From NCBI RefSeq assembly GCF_009914755.1, contig NC_060936.1: a DNA stretch of 64,000 nucleotides. One strand, given 5' to 3'. The position numbers and the translations under genes are program-made. Below, one piece after another: positions 63,865 to 64,000 of this stretch. Below the pieces are notes generated by a model. That model saw nothing but the letters and a program-made list of their open reading frames with translations. It was not told where the DNA came from and did not search any database. Each line of letters opens with the position of its first letter. Within the stretch, counting starts at the first letter, position 1. The DNA comes from the human T2T-CHM13v2.0 reference genome, Homo sapiens.

Positions 63865-64000
63865 TTTTCTGAGACAGGGTCTTGTTCTTTTTCCCAGGCT
63901 GGAGTGCAGTGGTGCAGTCAGGGCTCACTTGCAGCCTTGAACTTCTGGGCTCAAGTGATCCTCCCACCTTAGCCTCCCAAGTAGTTGGGACTACAGGGTG
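63865..64000 (-). mobile_element. Alu (AluJ-like), cut by the window edge
   Basis: Antisense Alu right arm. Confidence 0.88.

Overview
Primate (almost certainly human) genomic DNA, repeat-rich and with no supportable protein-coding exon. The functional centre is a CpG island at ~38.1-39.7 kb that behaves as a bidirectional promoter. On the + strand there is a non-coding first exon ending ...AAAATTCATGCG|GTGAGT. From memory this matches the 5' UTR of CNOT2 (CCR4-NOT subunit 2, 12q15), so 38.9-64 kb would be intron 1. On the - strand there is a divergent transcript with a 172-nt GT-AG intron and a canonical poly(A) signal, consistent with the lncRNA PRANCR (LINC01481/CNOT2-DT). Gene names are recalled, not database-checked. 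The rest is Alu, L1 (one apparently full-length old L1M, one younger truncated L1PA), MaLR/ERVL LTRs, L2/MIR and DNA-transposon fossils; subfamily calls are by eye. I found no convincing new biological system. The best leads are: splice-created short ORFs in the divergent lncRNA, a ~260-bp locally templated insertion, a ~190-bp-arm inverted duplication older than an Alu, a perfect 17-bp hairpin, an LTR fragment apparently retroposed by L1 as polyadenylated RNA, and several small retrotransposition or repair scars.
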